From positions 18,600,001 through 18,664,000 of the forward strand of contig CM069164.1 of the NCBI GenBank assembly GCA_035221665.1: a DNA stretch of 64,000 bases, in the 5' to 3' direction. The translations under genes were made by a program, and so were the position numbers. The notes under the pieces were generated by a model. It was not told the origin of the DNA. It searched no databases and was given only the letters and a program-made list of their open reading frames with translations. This document shows, one piece after another, positions 1 to 12,360 of this stretch. Positions within the stretch are counted from its first letter, which is position 1. Every line of letters starts with the position of its first letter. This DNA is from Okamejei kenojei (taxonomy: Eukaryota).

Positions 1-620
1 TCCACAGTCAAAAAGGCAGAACAGAGGATGTACTTCCTACGGCAGCTGAGGAAGCACAATCTGCCACAGGCAATGATGGTCCAATTCTACACGGCCATCG
101 TAGATTCTGTCCTCACCTTCTCCATCTTGGTCTGGTTTGGCTCAGCCACCAAGCACGACATCTGGGGGCTGCAGCGAATCGTCCGATCTGCTGAGAAGGT
201 AATTGGCTGCAGCCTTCCTTCCATTGATGAACTGTACACTGCAAGGGCCAGGAAGCGAGCGGGAAAGATCATCTCTGACCCCTCTCACCCTGGCCACAAA
301 CTCTTTGAATCACTTCCCTCTGGAAGGCGGCTCCAGACTGTCAAAGCTGCCACAGCCAGACATAAAAACAGTTTTTATCCACGAGTAGTTGCTCTACTCA
401 ATAACCAAAAATCTGTAGCCTCCCTTTGATCTGGTATTTTGTTAGTTCACATGCTTGATCAATGGTGTTTTATCATTAATGTTTTATTATTATTAATGTT
501 TAGTGTTTTCCGAGTCCTTCATGACTGTCACTGTATGTCATGTTGTTACTTGTGGGCGGGGCATGAAGGCAAATTCCTTGTATGTGAATACTTGGCCAAT
601 AAACTTACTTACTTACTTAT
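1..620 (+). mobile_element. 3' fragment of a Rex1/Babar-like non-LTR retrotransposon (post-RT C-terminus and 3' tail)
   Basis: ORF 28-429 (..RMYFLRQLRK..FYTAIVDSVLTFSILVWFG..DPSHPGHKLFESLPSGRR..RHKNSFYP) resembles the C-terminus of the LINE at 55739-56413. It ends in AATAAA followed by an (ACTT)n tail at ~598-620. Confidence 0.8.
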
Positions 621-702
621 TCCCCTCTCCTGTTCACTCATTGATGTTGTTTGTTAAAGGCACCCACGCCCACAAACTAGATCACAACCGACATTCAGCA
701 AT

Positions 703-960
703 CACAGTGGCACAGCGGTAGAGTTGCTGCCTTACAGTGAATGAGCGCCGGAGACTACGGGTTCTGTCTGTATGGAGTTTGTACGTTCTCCCCGTGTCCT
801 GCATGGGTTTTCTCCAAGATCTTCGGTTTCCTCCCACACTCCAAAGACGTGCAGGCTTGTAGGTTAATTGGCTTGGTAAATGTAAAATAACTGTCCACAG
901 TGGGTGTAGGATGGTGTTAATGTGCGATGGGCTGAAGGGCCTGTTTCCGCGCTGTATCTG
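703..960 (+). mobile_element. tRNA-derived V-SINE (HE1-like)
   Basis: tRNA-like head GGCACAGCGGTAGAGTTGCTGCC, V-domain GGAGTTTGTACGTTCTCCCCGTG..GGTTTCCTCCCACACTCCAAAGACGTGCAGG, and CR1-like tail GGGCTGAAGGGCCTGTTTCC. Similar copies occur elsewhere in the window. Confidence 0.8.
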
Positions 961-1374
961 TGACCGACATCTTACAAACATCAAGGATGCCCAAATATCG
1001 ATCTCTCAGCAATCCACGTCCCAGTAATGACAACTATTACTTGCTGCAAGTCAGAACCATAATGATCAACTCTGCCCGGCCCATTCCATGATAGTAACAA
1101 GGTAAGGGATATCACTTGGGTTAACCCCAAGTTTGGCAAGGTCAATAACTCTGCATAAATACACCTGGAACTCTGAAGACTCTGGAAGGCTAGTAAGCTA
1201 AATCAAAGTCACAAAGGCAGACCAGACACAGGCAGCCGGAGAAAAGGCCACATTACAAGAGTGAAGAGTGTTTAATTGTCATATATACCGGCAACAGAAC
1301 AATTAAACTATTGTTTGCTGCAGCTTCATATGCAATTATATACAAATAATTGTACAATAGTCAATAATAGCCAT

Positions 1375-1605
1375 AGTTATACAGTGTTGAAACAGGTCCA
1401 ACTTGCCCATGCCAACCAACTTGCCCCACCTACACTAGTCCCACCTGCCTGAATTTGGCTCATGTCCCTCTAAACCAATCCTATCCATATAACAATCTAA
1501 TTGTTTAAGCATTGTAAATAGTATGTGGCAACTACATCCTCCGGTAGCACATTCCATTCACCCACCACCTGTTTTGTAAAAATGTTTCCACTCAGGTTCC
1601 TATAA
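1375..1605 (-). mobile_element. CR1/HER1-like LINE 3' fragment
   Basis: Reverse-complement similarity to the CR1 3' ends at 20880-21210 and 29060-29450. Confidence 0.6.
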
Positions 1606-2404
1606 ATACAATAGAAAATATAATATTTTCCTATAAATAATACAATAAATTAATAACAGTCTTACTCAGTAACTATAATAATGCAAAACCGAAGACCTTA
1701 GTGCAACCAAAGGCAGTCAATGAAAGATGTGTGCAATGTTCACTGAGGATGTTGTACTTGGGCTGAGGTTTACTCACGTAAACTTGCCACCTCCAACAAC
1801 TCAAGTGGCCTCTCTCTGTACTCTGACTGGCACCTTTAAGGTCTCAGCCAAGACTGATGACCAGATACTCCATGAGATTAAAGTTTAACTCTGCTCCTCA
1901 GAAAACATTGCCAAACATTTGTAACTTTCCACCACCGCCCTTTGGGGAAAGGCCAAGTTAAAAAAAAAAAATGAGGTGGCAGACACTGCCTTCCCCCCCC
2001 CCCAAAAAAATTATGCAATAGTGAATTGTCTGATGACAAATTTCATCTCTTCGAGTGCAGCAAATCTGTAATTTTCCACTCCCAAGTATAGCAGAGGCCA
2101 GATCATTAGATCTATTTAAGGTGGAGACAGACAAATATTTGAAAGACTGAGGAATTGAGGGTTATGTGAAAGAGGCACATGAAAGGTCAACATAGATCAG
2201 TGATGATCATATTGGATGGCAGGGAAGGTTCAGGGGCATGGTGGCCGACTCCTGCTCCTATTTCCTTGTGAAGTTACTAGTTTGAGTTTAGTTTATTGTC
2301 ATGTGTACCGAGGTACAGTGAAAAGCTTATATTGCATACTAACCAATCAGCAGACACTGCTTGATTATAATCGACCCATTCACAGTGCACAGATACATCG
2401 AGTC

Positions 2405-2720
2405 ATAGTGATACAGTGTGGAAACAGCCCCATCGTCCCAACTTGCCTACACCGGCCAACATGTCCCAGATATATTAGTCCCACCTGCCTGCATTTGGTC
2501 CGTATCCCTCCAAACCTGTCCTACCTTGTACCTGTCTAACTGTTTCTTAAGTGTTGGGATAGTCCCCGCCACAACTACCTCCTCTGGCAGCTTGTTCCAT
2601 ACACCCACCACCCTTTTGTGTGAAAAAGCTACCCTTCAGATTCCTATTAAATCTTTTCCCCTTCACCTTAAACCTATGTCCTCGATTCACCTACTCTGAG
2701 CAAGAGACTCTGTGCATCTA
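2405..2720 (-). mobile_element. CR1/HER1-like LINE 3' fragment
   Basis: The reverse strand reads ..TTTCACACAAAAGGGTGGTGGGTGTATGGAACAAGCTGCCAGAGGAGG.., the FF-QRVV--WN-LP motif of CR1 ORF2 ends. Confidence 0.7.
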
Positions 2721-3384
2721 TATGATAAAGGGAACAATGTGAATAATGTTTAGTGCAAGATAAAGCCAGTAAAGTCCAATTTGAGGTAGATAGTAGTTCA
2801 GGACTACTCTCAAGTTGTGGTAGGATAGTTCAGTTAACAGCTGGGAAGAAACTCTCCTTTAACCTGGAGGTGTGCGTTTTCACACTTCTATACCTCTTGC
2901 CTGATTCGAGAGAGGCGAGAGTGGCCAGGGTGCGACACGTCCTTGATTATGCTGGTGGCCTTGCAGAGGCAGTGTGTCATACCAAGGCCATGAATATTAA
3001 GCAATGAAGCATTACTGTTGCCATAGGTTTATACCAAAGTACTAAAGATCGATTTCCCTATACAAACACTGGATGCTTTCCAGCCAAATGATTAATGAGA
3101 ATTTTAATCTGAATTCCCAAAATGAGGTGTAATTTCTCCAGTTAATATTTCTTAAATACAGAATATGGACAAGTGTGAAATAAACTACAAAATTGCAACT
3201 GGAAACATGGAAGAGAAACAGAACACCCCGGCAATATCTAGCAGAAAAAGTCCAGATAGGATGAGTCAGTCTGATGAAACACCTTCTCTAGAGTCAGCAA
3301 GAAAGGGCACGTTCAAATGCCCAACTACAGAATCAGAAGATTGGGACTCAAGAGTGAGCAATATTGAACATAAAAGAATCACAG

Positions 3385-3970
3385 AATTGTACAACAGAGA
3401 AACAGGCCCTTTCAGCCCATTTCATCCATGTTGACCAGCTGGCTATCTACACACATGCATTAGGCCCATATCCCACCATACCTTTCCAACATAAATACCT
3501 GTCCTAGTGTCATAAACATAATTCTATCTGCCCCCATCACCTCCTCTCATACTTCTTCCCAAATTACTACTACTCTGTATGAAAAACCTTCTCCACGGAT
3601 TCCCTTTAAGTTCACCTGCCTGCATTTGGTCCATATCCCTCCAAACCTGTCCAACCATGTACCTGAGAATAAACCCTGCTGGCCCAATCTCTCCCCGTGA
3701 CTATAGCTTCCCATTCCAGGTAACATCCTAGTGGATCTCATGTACACTCCTGCTAATACTATCACATCCCTCCTGTTGCGTGACAATCGGAACTGTACAC
3801 AATGCTTCAACTGCCGTCTTATAAATGTTTCGTGCAGCTGCAACAGGGCATCATAACTCTTCTCATTAAAACCCTTAGCTCATAAAGGCAAGCATACCAA
3901 ACAACTGCGCACTATCACATCCACCTGAATCACCACTTTCAGTGAGTTATGGACTTGCATCCAAAGTTCA
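3385..3970 (-). mobile_element. CR1-like LINE fragment
   Basis: Minus-strand ORF 3547-3843 contains decayed LEYCVQFW-like and RMLPG motifs of CR1 ORF2. Confidence 0.6.
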
Positions 3971-3977
3971 CTTAGTA

Positions 3978-4185
3978 TAAGGGTTCCCAACCTGGGGTAA
4001 ATTTGTTGATTCTGGAAGTTAAAATAATAATGTTAAAAACAGTATTTTAACATTTCCCCTTTGTCGGTTGCTTTATTTTGGTAGAAGTGTAAACTTAAGT
4101 TACTGAACATAAACAGGGTGGAGGTAAATTTACTTTCAAAACATTGCCCGAGGTAAACGGGACCAAAAAAGGTTGGGAACCCCTG
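3978..4185. mobile_element. Non-autonomous hAT-type MITE (~208 bp)
   Basis: TIRs (T)AAGGGTTCCCAACCT and AGGTTGGGAACCCCTG; 8-bp TSD ACTTAGTA (3970-3977) / ACTCAGTA (4186-4193). Confidence 0.8.
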
Positions 4186-5131
4186 ACTCAGTACATCAGC
4201 ACTCTCAAGGACCCTGCTATTTACTCCATTTGCTCTACCAGAACTTGACTTCCTGAGTGAAGTGAAAGTAAAATTGCCTGTCATGTTCCTCCCCAGTTTT
4301 TCCCTCCAACTGGTGAACAGGACATTGCGACATTTCTCTACAAAAGACTGATAAAGGATTGCTGCCTACCTCCCTCATCATCCAAAATTAAAACATTATT
4401 GCAATTCTCCAAGTTTCCCCGCGGTGAATACAGCGAGTCAATGCACAGATTCAGACTCCAAATATCCTTTCATAACTACTGTGCAGTGAATGAGCAAGTC
4501 TGCAGCTCCCCACACTGGGGCTCCCTGGAATAGAGACACGGTATATTTCTACAAATCTTAAAACCCGTTTTGTGCTTTAATAGCCATCACTTCACAATAA
4601 AAGTATTTTTCTTCTCCAAAATAATCCCCAATAACCCTCAAATCATTCAAGAACCAGTGAAGTTAAGCACCTGCATTTAAGCTAAAAACTGATAATGCGT
4701 CACAGTTCCTTGCAAGATGTTTACTTTTAAGTCAGAGATTCATACTTTCAAATATTCCCCCACCCCCCTTCTCACCCCTCCCATATGATCAATTGTCCCT
4801 CAATTCACGTATACACAGGCAATGGTCAAATTGTGTGTTATTCTGGCAGGGAAGTTCTATGGTCCTATATACTGGATGACATCTTGACTAAACTTGTGGA
4901 TTTGACATTTGGAAATCAATAACTATATTTAATTAATGTCATGCAAGATAGTAACAGCAATTCATTTACTATTCAGATAAATGGAGGGTGAATGTGGCCT
5001 TTGCCCCATATTCTCGTACTACATATCAATCAATCCTACATTCCAAGAATAAATATTAAGTTGCTCCTAAACGTCTTAATTTAGTTGGAAAAGCTTTGGT
5101 TCAGAGAAAGTTATAACAAAAACCGAAACCA

Positions 5132-5591
5132 TCTATAATACTAAGTTTCGTTCAGATTGATGTTATATTTCACAAGTTATTTCACATTTTTTAATTTTAA
5201 AAAAAATCCAAAAAATCGTCCCTCTGCAGCTATGACTTCACAATGGGATTGTTACAATGTTGCAATTCTAGGACACTCAGTCTTGCAATGTTGCAATCCT
5301 TTTTTTAATATTCCTGGCAGCATGGAGGGAGGGTGCATTTAAAACAATATTTTAAAGTCACAGTATACTGAATTTTTTTATATTCAGGGTGACTAAGGCA
5401 AAATGAGCAGCCCCTCCCTGTGCAGTTGGGGGCTATGGGTGAGTGGTGGAATATTGCGTTGGGGAAACGGGTTGCGTGGAGGACTATGCCTCCCGAGGGG
5501 GCTATGGGTGAGTCGTGAAATATTGCGTTGGGGGAATGGATTGCGTTGTGGGACCAGGCCGCCCGTGTGACAGGGACCTCACTTGGTCTAG
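5132..5591 (+). mobile_element. Putative non-autonomous Helitron
   Basis: Begins A|TCTATAATACTAA and ends GGTCTAG|T, matching the A^TC...CTRR^T rule. Contains an internal ~69-bp tandem duplication. The subterminal hairpin looks incomplete. Confidence 0.5.
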
Positions 5592-6574
5592 TTACTACTA
5601 AATATACAATTAAAACTATTAAGTATCAATAAACTGTTTTTAACATGAAACAATTTTTGAACAATTTCATCAGCAGATGCACTCATTTACTGTGGGAATC
5701 CCAATAAGACACTTAAAGATAACTAACTTATAAACTTACGATACGAAATAACTTAATTTATTCCAAGAGGGAAATTGATCTTCCAACAGTCATAAAACCA
5801 CAAAATACGCAAAACACAAAATACATGAAACATGAAATTAAAATGACGAGTGGAAAGGCTTGGGGGATGTGCAAAGGTTGGGGAGGGGTCGGGGGAGTCA
5901 GCCTCAGTCGATCCCATGACAGAAGGGGGAGGAGTTGTAAAGTTTGATAGCTACAGGGAAGAAGGATCTCCTGTCGCACTGCTACACAGCTTTGTAGTGA
6001 AGAGGTCACAAACAGGTTCCTCCCAGCCCCCTGAGGCAGCACTCACACTAATCATAAATCCCTGACAGAACCCAGATTTATTGAGTGTATCTTAGGCAGG
6101 CATCTTACTTGATTTGTACCTACAAACTTTATGTAATCAGGTAACGAACATTCGATTTTCTGATTGGAACTCAAGCATTGAATATTTTAATCTAAAGTTT
6201 GCCTTTACTTGAATTTTAAGGGCAATTATTTACATACAAATTTCCTTTTTAATACATTTTAATACTTGTGGTAAACCTATAGACTAAGTTTTATGCAACT
6301 GGTGCCACATTAAAGTCTGGACAACTGCTCAGATGAACACACTTTTAATGCTTCAATGTTAAGTGACACTATTAGTCCCATTCAAATATCACACCCTTTA
6401 TTCCATAGGGTTGAAAGTAACAAATTGAGAGGCAGAAGTGTTGTAAGGTTTTAGTTGGAATTTAATATAACAGCATGTCCAAAACTCACAGTTGAATGAC
6501 TGAAATGTACTTGCCTTTTGCTGGTGGTTCAGCAGAGAACTGGATATCTTCTTCATGTTAGCACACTCCTGACC

Positions 6575-6860
6575 TAACTTTTAATTTAATTAATGCTTAT
6601 TCATGTTACAGAATTGCAATATTAAATTTCCCCACCCTGCATGCTCTTCCTGAACTGTTCGTGGAGTTGCAAAAGATCGGAATATAAACTTATTATCAGC
6701 CATTAGGATGTTGGGATATTCCCCAGTTTGCTTGGAAATCTGATCCTGTATTGCGATCCTTTGCAACTCCACTAAAAGTTCAGGAAGAATGTGCAGGGTG
6801 GGGAAATTTAATATTGCAAATCCCTGGCATTGATATAAAGTTAATTAAATTAAAAGTAAT
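6575..6860. repeat. Long imperfect palindrome (MITE-like fold-back, ~110-bp arms)
   Basis: TTGCAATATTAAATTTCCCCACCCTGCA..TCTTCCTGAACT..GTGGAGTTGCAAA (6613-6673) is mirrored at ~6760-6820, and the AT-rich outer arms also pair. Confidence 0.75.
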
Positions 6861-8023
6861 AAAGATCTATTTAGCTTTTTAAAATAAGTATTTTTCTTTT
6901 CTTCATTTTTTTAAATCTAATCTTGTGCAGACTAATCGTTGTGAGGGCTGAACTGCAGCATAATTAACCAGGCACCAGTAATTTCTCACCGCTAATCAGT
7001 ACATTTGTACAAATGCACGTACCAGGAAGTAAATGTGTACAGAATGTAGAAGCAAGGAACTGCAGCTGCTGGTTTGTGAAAAAAGAGGCACAGATGGTGC
7101 TGGACCAGGCGGGTCAGGCAGCATCCCTAGAGAACATGAACGGGTAACGTTTTATGTCGGGACCCTTCCTTAGACAATGTAGGGTGGAGGAGCAAAGAGA
7201 AAGCTGAAAGCGAGAAGGGGCAGGACAAGGAGCGACAGGCAATAGGTGAACACAGGTGAGTTGGGATTTTGATAAGCAGATGTTGGACAAAGGCCAGAGA
7301 TGAAAATAAAAGAATATATGTGACAAAAGGATGAAAGATTTGCAAATTGTGAAGACTGATAAATTAATATCGTTCCTGGAACAATGGTAATGTTTCATTT
7401 GCCTTAAGAAAGAAGTGACGCTGCAGGCACCAGGAAGCAGTTCATAAATAAGCTGACCAACCATCCATGGACAGATCAATAAATCAGGGGAGTAACAGAT
7501 AACTGTGAAATGAGAAAACGTTCCGATCGTTACGCCTACTGATTCCACAGCCACCAACTGACCCGCGACTTTCACCCACGTTTTACTTCACATCCTCGAT
7601 AAGCATCTTTGTCAGCTCCAAGTCCCACAACCTCTCCACACACAGAATTCTCATCCTCCATTGTTCAGGACTACTGAGGGCCTGAACTCTGGACTCCTTA
7701 ACCTCTCCGTACATGTCTTCTCCTGTAGAATGCTCCCTGATATCTACTCTATACCACCCTATTTTGTTTCATGATACCTGTGAACCACAAGAGAACTTTC
7801 ACAGTGTTAATGCTACAATACCAAATTCAAAAGTGGTGTAAAAGTAGGTCAAGTTAAGAGTACCTGATACAGTATATGCACAATAAACAGTGGCACTTGG
7901 CTTTTCATGCTCTGAACTTAAGATCAAGATAATATACCGCAGTTAAAAATGTAAACATTCAGGAGGATGCAGACAGACTATTAGTTAATGTCCTTAGATC
8001 AGCCAAATTTTCTGAACATCAAA

Positions 8024-8148
8024 GGTACACAAAAGGCTGGAGAAACTCAGCGGGTGCAGCAGCATCTAAGGAGCGAAGGAGATAGGCGACGTTTCGGGTC
8101 GAGACCCTTCTTCAGACTGGTCAGGGATCAGGGATGTTCCCCCCCCTG
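8024..8148 (-). mobile_element. Short Penelope-like (pLTR-derived) insertion with hammerhead ribozyme motif
   Basis: 13-bp TSD TCTGAACATCAAA (8011-8023 / 8149-8161). The minus strand carries CUGAAGA-A-GGGUCUCGACCC-GAAACGUC. Confidence 0.75.
8084..8118 (-). ncRNA. Minimal (Penelope-type) hammerhead ribozyme motif with intact core
   Basis: CAGU CUGAAGA A GGGU-CUCG-ACCC GAAAC GUC GCC: conserved CUGANGA and GAAA boxes, stem II, GUC triplet, and a palindromic ACGU in place of stem III. Confidence 0.65.
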
Positions 8149-8433
8149 TCTGAACATCAAACTCAGGGATCAAATTAGTTTATAAGGTGGCAGAAGTCAC
8201 ACTAAATCTTCACATAGGCAGTAAAGTACTTCTCACGTTTATTGTCATAAGTACATGTAACGCGAGGTACAGAAGCATTGAAAATCTTGCTGGCAGCAGC
8301 ATCACAGGCATCTAGACACAGGAAGCACAAATTACACAAGACAGGAAAAGAAAAGGACTGCGAAGAAAAACAGGACATTGCTGTAAAGCCCAATTAAAAA
8401 AAACTAGGCCATGGTAGTGTAAAAGAGGCAACA

Positions 8434-8700
8434 TGGTGGCATAGCAGTAGAGTTGCTGCCTGACAGCACCAGAGACGCAGGTTCGATCCTGACTAGGGAC
8501 GCTGTCCGTACAGGGTCTTCCGTTCTTCCCGCAACCTTGTGGGTTTTCTCCAGTGCTCCAGTTTCCTCCCACATTCCGAAAACACGGGTTTGTAGGTTAA
8601 TTGGCTTCTGTAAATTGTCCCTTGTTTGAACAATTGTATGAGTGATTGTTGGTCGGTGTGCCGAAGGGTATGTTTCCATGCTGCATCTCTAAAAAATAAA
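8434..8700 (+). mobile_element. tRNA-derived V-SINE (HE1-like)
   Basis: GGTGGCATAGCAGTAGAGTTGCTGCC head, B-box-like GGTTCGATCC, V-domain and tail as at 703-960. Confidence 0.8.
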
Positions 8701-10999
8701 ATTAAAAGTGGATCGTGGTATTACCTTGCTAATATAGGATTAAGGTTATGCAGGTAGGTGCAAGAATCTCGTGGTTATAAGACAGTAATTCATCCTGCTT
8801 TCTTAGGATTTCAGCTTCTGTGCCGTCTTCCCAACAACAGCAGCGAGTCCAGATGGTGGGAAACATGATGTTAACGGCAGCTTCTTGAGACAGTACCTCA
8901 TATAGAGGCTGTTGATGGTGGAGAAGACTATGCCTGTGATGGAGCAGGGTGAGTTCACCACTCCCTTTGCCTCTTGTATTCCCATGCATTGGAATTGGCG
9001 TACCAATCTCCCCTGACTCTGTCTGAAAGATCTCAACCTGAAACAAATCTGCTTTGATGTCATTTTCACACCATGCCCATTCATATCTCTACTCTCCCTC
9101 TCCCCTGATTCTCAGTCTGAAGAAGGGTTTCGACCCAAACATCACCCATTCCTTGTCTCCAGAGATGCTGCCTGTCCTGCTGAGTTACTCCAGTATTTTA
9201 TGTCTATCTTCAAGATACTATCTACAGGACATCTGCAGGTTTGTTTGAGTACTTGGTGATATGAACGGTAGTGTGTGGTCTCCTGACGTCACCGTTCTGA
9301 AGTCAACCATGAGTTCCTTGATTTACTTGACATCAAGTGAGAGGTTGTTCTTGTGGTAGCAATTGTACAGGTGGTCTCTCTCTCCTATAAACTCATCAAC
9401 ACTGGCAATTCTGCCAACCACAGTGGCATCATTGGCAAATTTAAAGATGTAATTGGAGCTCTGTTTCATCATACAGTTATTGGAGATGGTACAGCATAGG
9501 TCTTACCACACAGCCTGTGCGATGGCTAATGAGGAGATGTTACCAATCTGCAATGATCAGTCTGCCAATGAGGAAGTCAAGGATCCAGTTGCCAAAGGGA
9601 AGTACAAATGCCCAGATCTTGGCGCTTTGTGATGAGTTGAGGGGATGATTGTTTGAACTCCGAGCTGTAGTTGATGAATAGCTGCCTGACGTACGTGTTC
9701 CTGTTCTCCAGATGGTCCACAGTATGCTCAGATGGAGTATTGAGGAAGAGGGACCTTAGAGAGCTTTAAAGGTGGAAGCACAGGCAAATAACCTGGTAAA
9801 GACAGCATATGGGATACTGACCTTCAGTCGAGGTACTGAATTCAACATCAGGAGGTTATGAGAACGTCAGCTCCTGGAGGACACGGATAGGTGATGTTAC
9901 TGCTCAGGACCCTTCATCAAACTGATTGTGGTGGTGGCGAGGAGGGGGAGAGAGAGCTGGAAAGGAGATGGGGCAGGTCAAAGCCCGACAAGTTTATAGG
10001 TTGATACAGGTGAGGGTTTATTTTTGGTAAGCCGTTGATTGGACAAAGGCCAGAGTTGGAAAAGAAAATAGCTGTGATATAAGGATGAGGAGTGTGAATT
10101 GTGAAGTCAGAAGAAAGAATATAGGCAGAAGGAGAGAGGGAGAGGAGCATTGGTACAATTTTGGTACCACAGCTGCCCGTTTGAAGCAGGTGGGAACCTC
10201 AGACTACAGAATTGAGAGGTTGAAGATGTCCTTGAATATTCCAGCCATTTGGTCCATACAAATTTTCGGCATTTAACCAGGTACCCCATTTAGGGGACAA
10301 AGACTCCAACCTGGCTCTGAACTGAGAAAAATGAACATGTAACTATTTGAGTGAATTAAGCAGCAACGGGATTTAAGAAATTTCTCCCAATTGATGTTCA
10401 GACAACCCCCATTTACTGCAGTTCTGATAATGCAAATTAGCCCATCCAATGTACATAAAATACTACCGAAAAATCTATGATATGGAATAAAAACGCTCTT
10501 ATGAAATTTGTGCGGAAAAAATTAACACTTTGCATTCTCAACTTTCATTTCCTGACACATACACAGGTGTCACAGTTATGCATTATGGAAAAAACATATC
10601 TGAATATAGACCCTTGTGTAGGAATGCAAACATTGTCAGAGCAATAATGATAGCCTGTATTTCAATGCACAGTCATTTTCACCACATTCCCTTCCTCTTA
10701 TGAGTGCCAAGACTTTCAACCATTTTACATGTGCTACCAATAACAAAGGGGAAGAAGCTGTTCCTGAGTCTGATGCCGCGCGCTTTCAAGCGTCTACCTC
10801 TTCTGCCTGGCGTAAGTAGAAAGGCGGAGGAATGACCAGAGTGCGACAAGTCTTTGATTATGCTGGTGCTTTTCCGAGTCAGTGTTGTGTAGATGGAGTC
10901 AGTGGTGGGGAGTCTGGTCTGTGAGATTTTGTAAATGGATGCCTGTGACTGGTGGTAGTCCACGAGAATCTATGCTGGAACCCTTGCAGTTTGACATGC

Positions 11000-12360
11000 A
11001 AATGATTTGAATGTGGATGTAGCTGCCATGATCAGTAAGTTTGCACATGACATGACGATTGTTGGTATTTTTGACATTGTGGATGGTAATCAGGGGCTAC
11101 AGGTTGACATTGAAGTTTTTGGTGAAATGAGCTGAGAAATGGCAGATTGAGTTTAATCCTGATAAATGTGAGCTGATGCATTTTGGGAGTACTGATGAAC
11201 CTGCGATGTTCACCATGAATGGTAGACTCAAAGGGCGTGTTGGGGAACAGAGGGACCTTGGTGTACAAGTCAAGAGTTCTTTGAAGGTGCCATCACAGGC
11301 AAATAAAGTGGTGAAGGCAACATATGGGATGCTGGCCTTCAGTCAGGGTAATGAATTCAACATCAGGAAGTTATGAGAAGTGATTTGCAACACATTTCCA
11401 ATTTGTATCCAAATACTTTGCAGTTTGTTCTTGGAATTTTTGGAATGGGAAATTTAAATTGTTGTTTACATCAATCAAAACATGCACATAATAGACTTTA
11501 TAAAACATTGGTCAGTTCTCAGTTGGAGTACTGCAGCTTTACTTAACATTAATTTAACATTATTTATTTTTAATTGATAAAACCTTAGGCTATTACTCCT
11601 CGAAAAAATGACACAATGAACCCACCTCAACCTCAGCATATGAAGCTTCGGCAGCTCTGAAATGTATCGAGATCTTTGGCCTTCCTCCACCCTAGATAGA
11701 CTTAGAGAGTGTGCTCTTAAGAAAGATCATGGCAGCTACATCCACATCCAAATCATTGGCGTGTCAAACTGCAAGGGTTCCAGGATAGATTCTCGTGGAC
11801 TACCACCAGTCACAGGAATCCATTTACAAAATCTCACAGACCAGACTACCCACCACTGACTCCACCATAGGAAAAACATGATAGCACTGGAGACGGTGCA
11901 GATAGATTCACCACAATGTCAGCTGGGTTGCAGGGTTTGAGTTATGAGGCAAGACTGGAGAGGGTAGGACTGCTTCCACTGGAGCGGAGGAGATTAAAAG
12001 GGGTATGATTGAGGTCTATCAAGTTATGAGTGACACTGATAGGCCACACCGCAGAAAATTTTGCACCTTAACACGGCAAATAAAACCATGGGACCCAGAT
12101 TTAGGATAACGGATAAGGGGCAAGAAATTCAGAGTGGATCCAAGGGGGCCTTTTCTGCCCAGAAGTGAGGGTACCTGGAATACACTGCCAGAGAGAATGA
12201 TTGAAGCTAGATCGTTAACTGCATGTAGGCAATGTCTCAACAAGCATTTGAGTCTCCTGGGGATATGGACCAAGTGCTGGGAGATGGGATTAATACGGGT
12301 GGGTGACAACAGACGGCATGCAAACGGTGGCTCAATGGCTGGTTTCTGTAGTCTATGACT
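11000..12360 (+). mobile_element. Interrupted CR1-like LINE RT-region fragments
   Basis: Decayed KFA.D, WQIEFNPDKCELMHFG, EQRDLGVQV and WNTLPE motifs in short ORFs. Confidence 0.7.

Noticed and set aside
703-780. tRNA gene
   Set aside because: The tRNA-like head runs straight into a SINE body, and there is no full cloverleaf.
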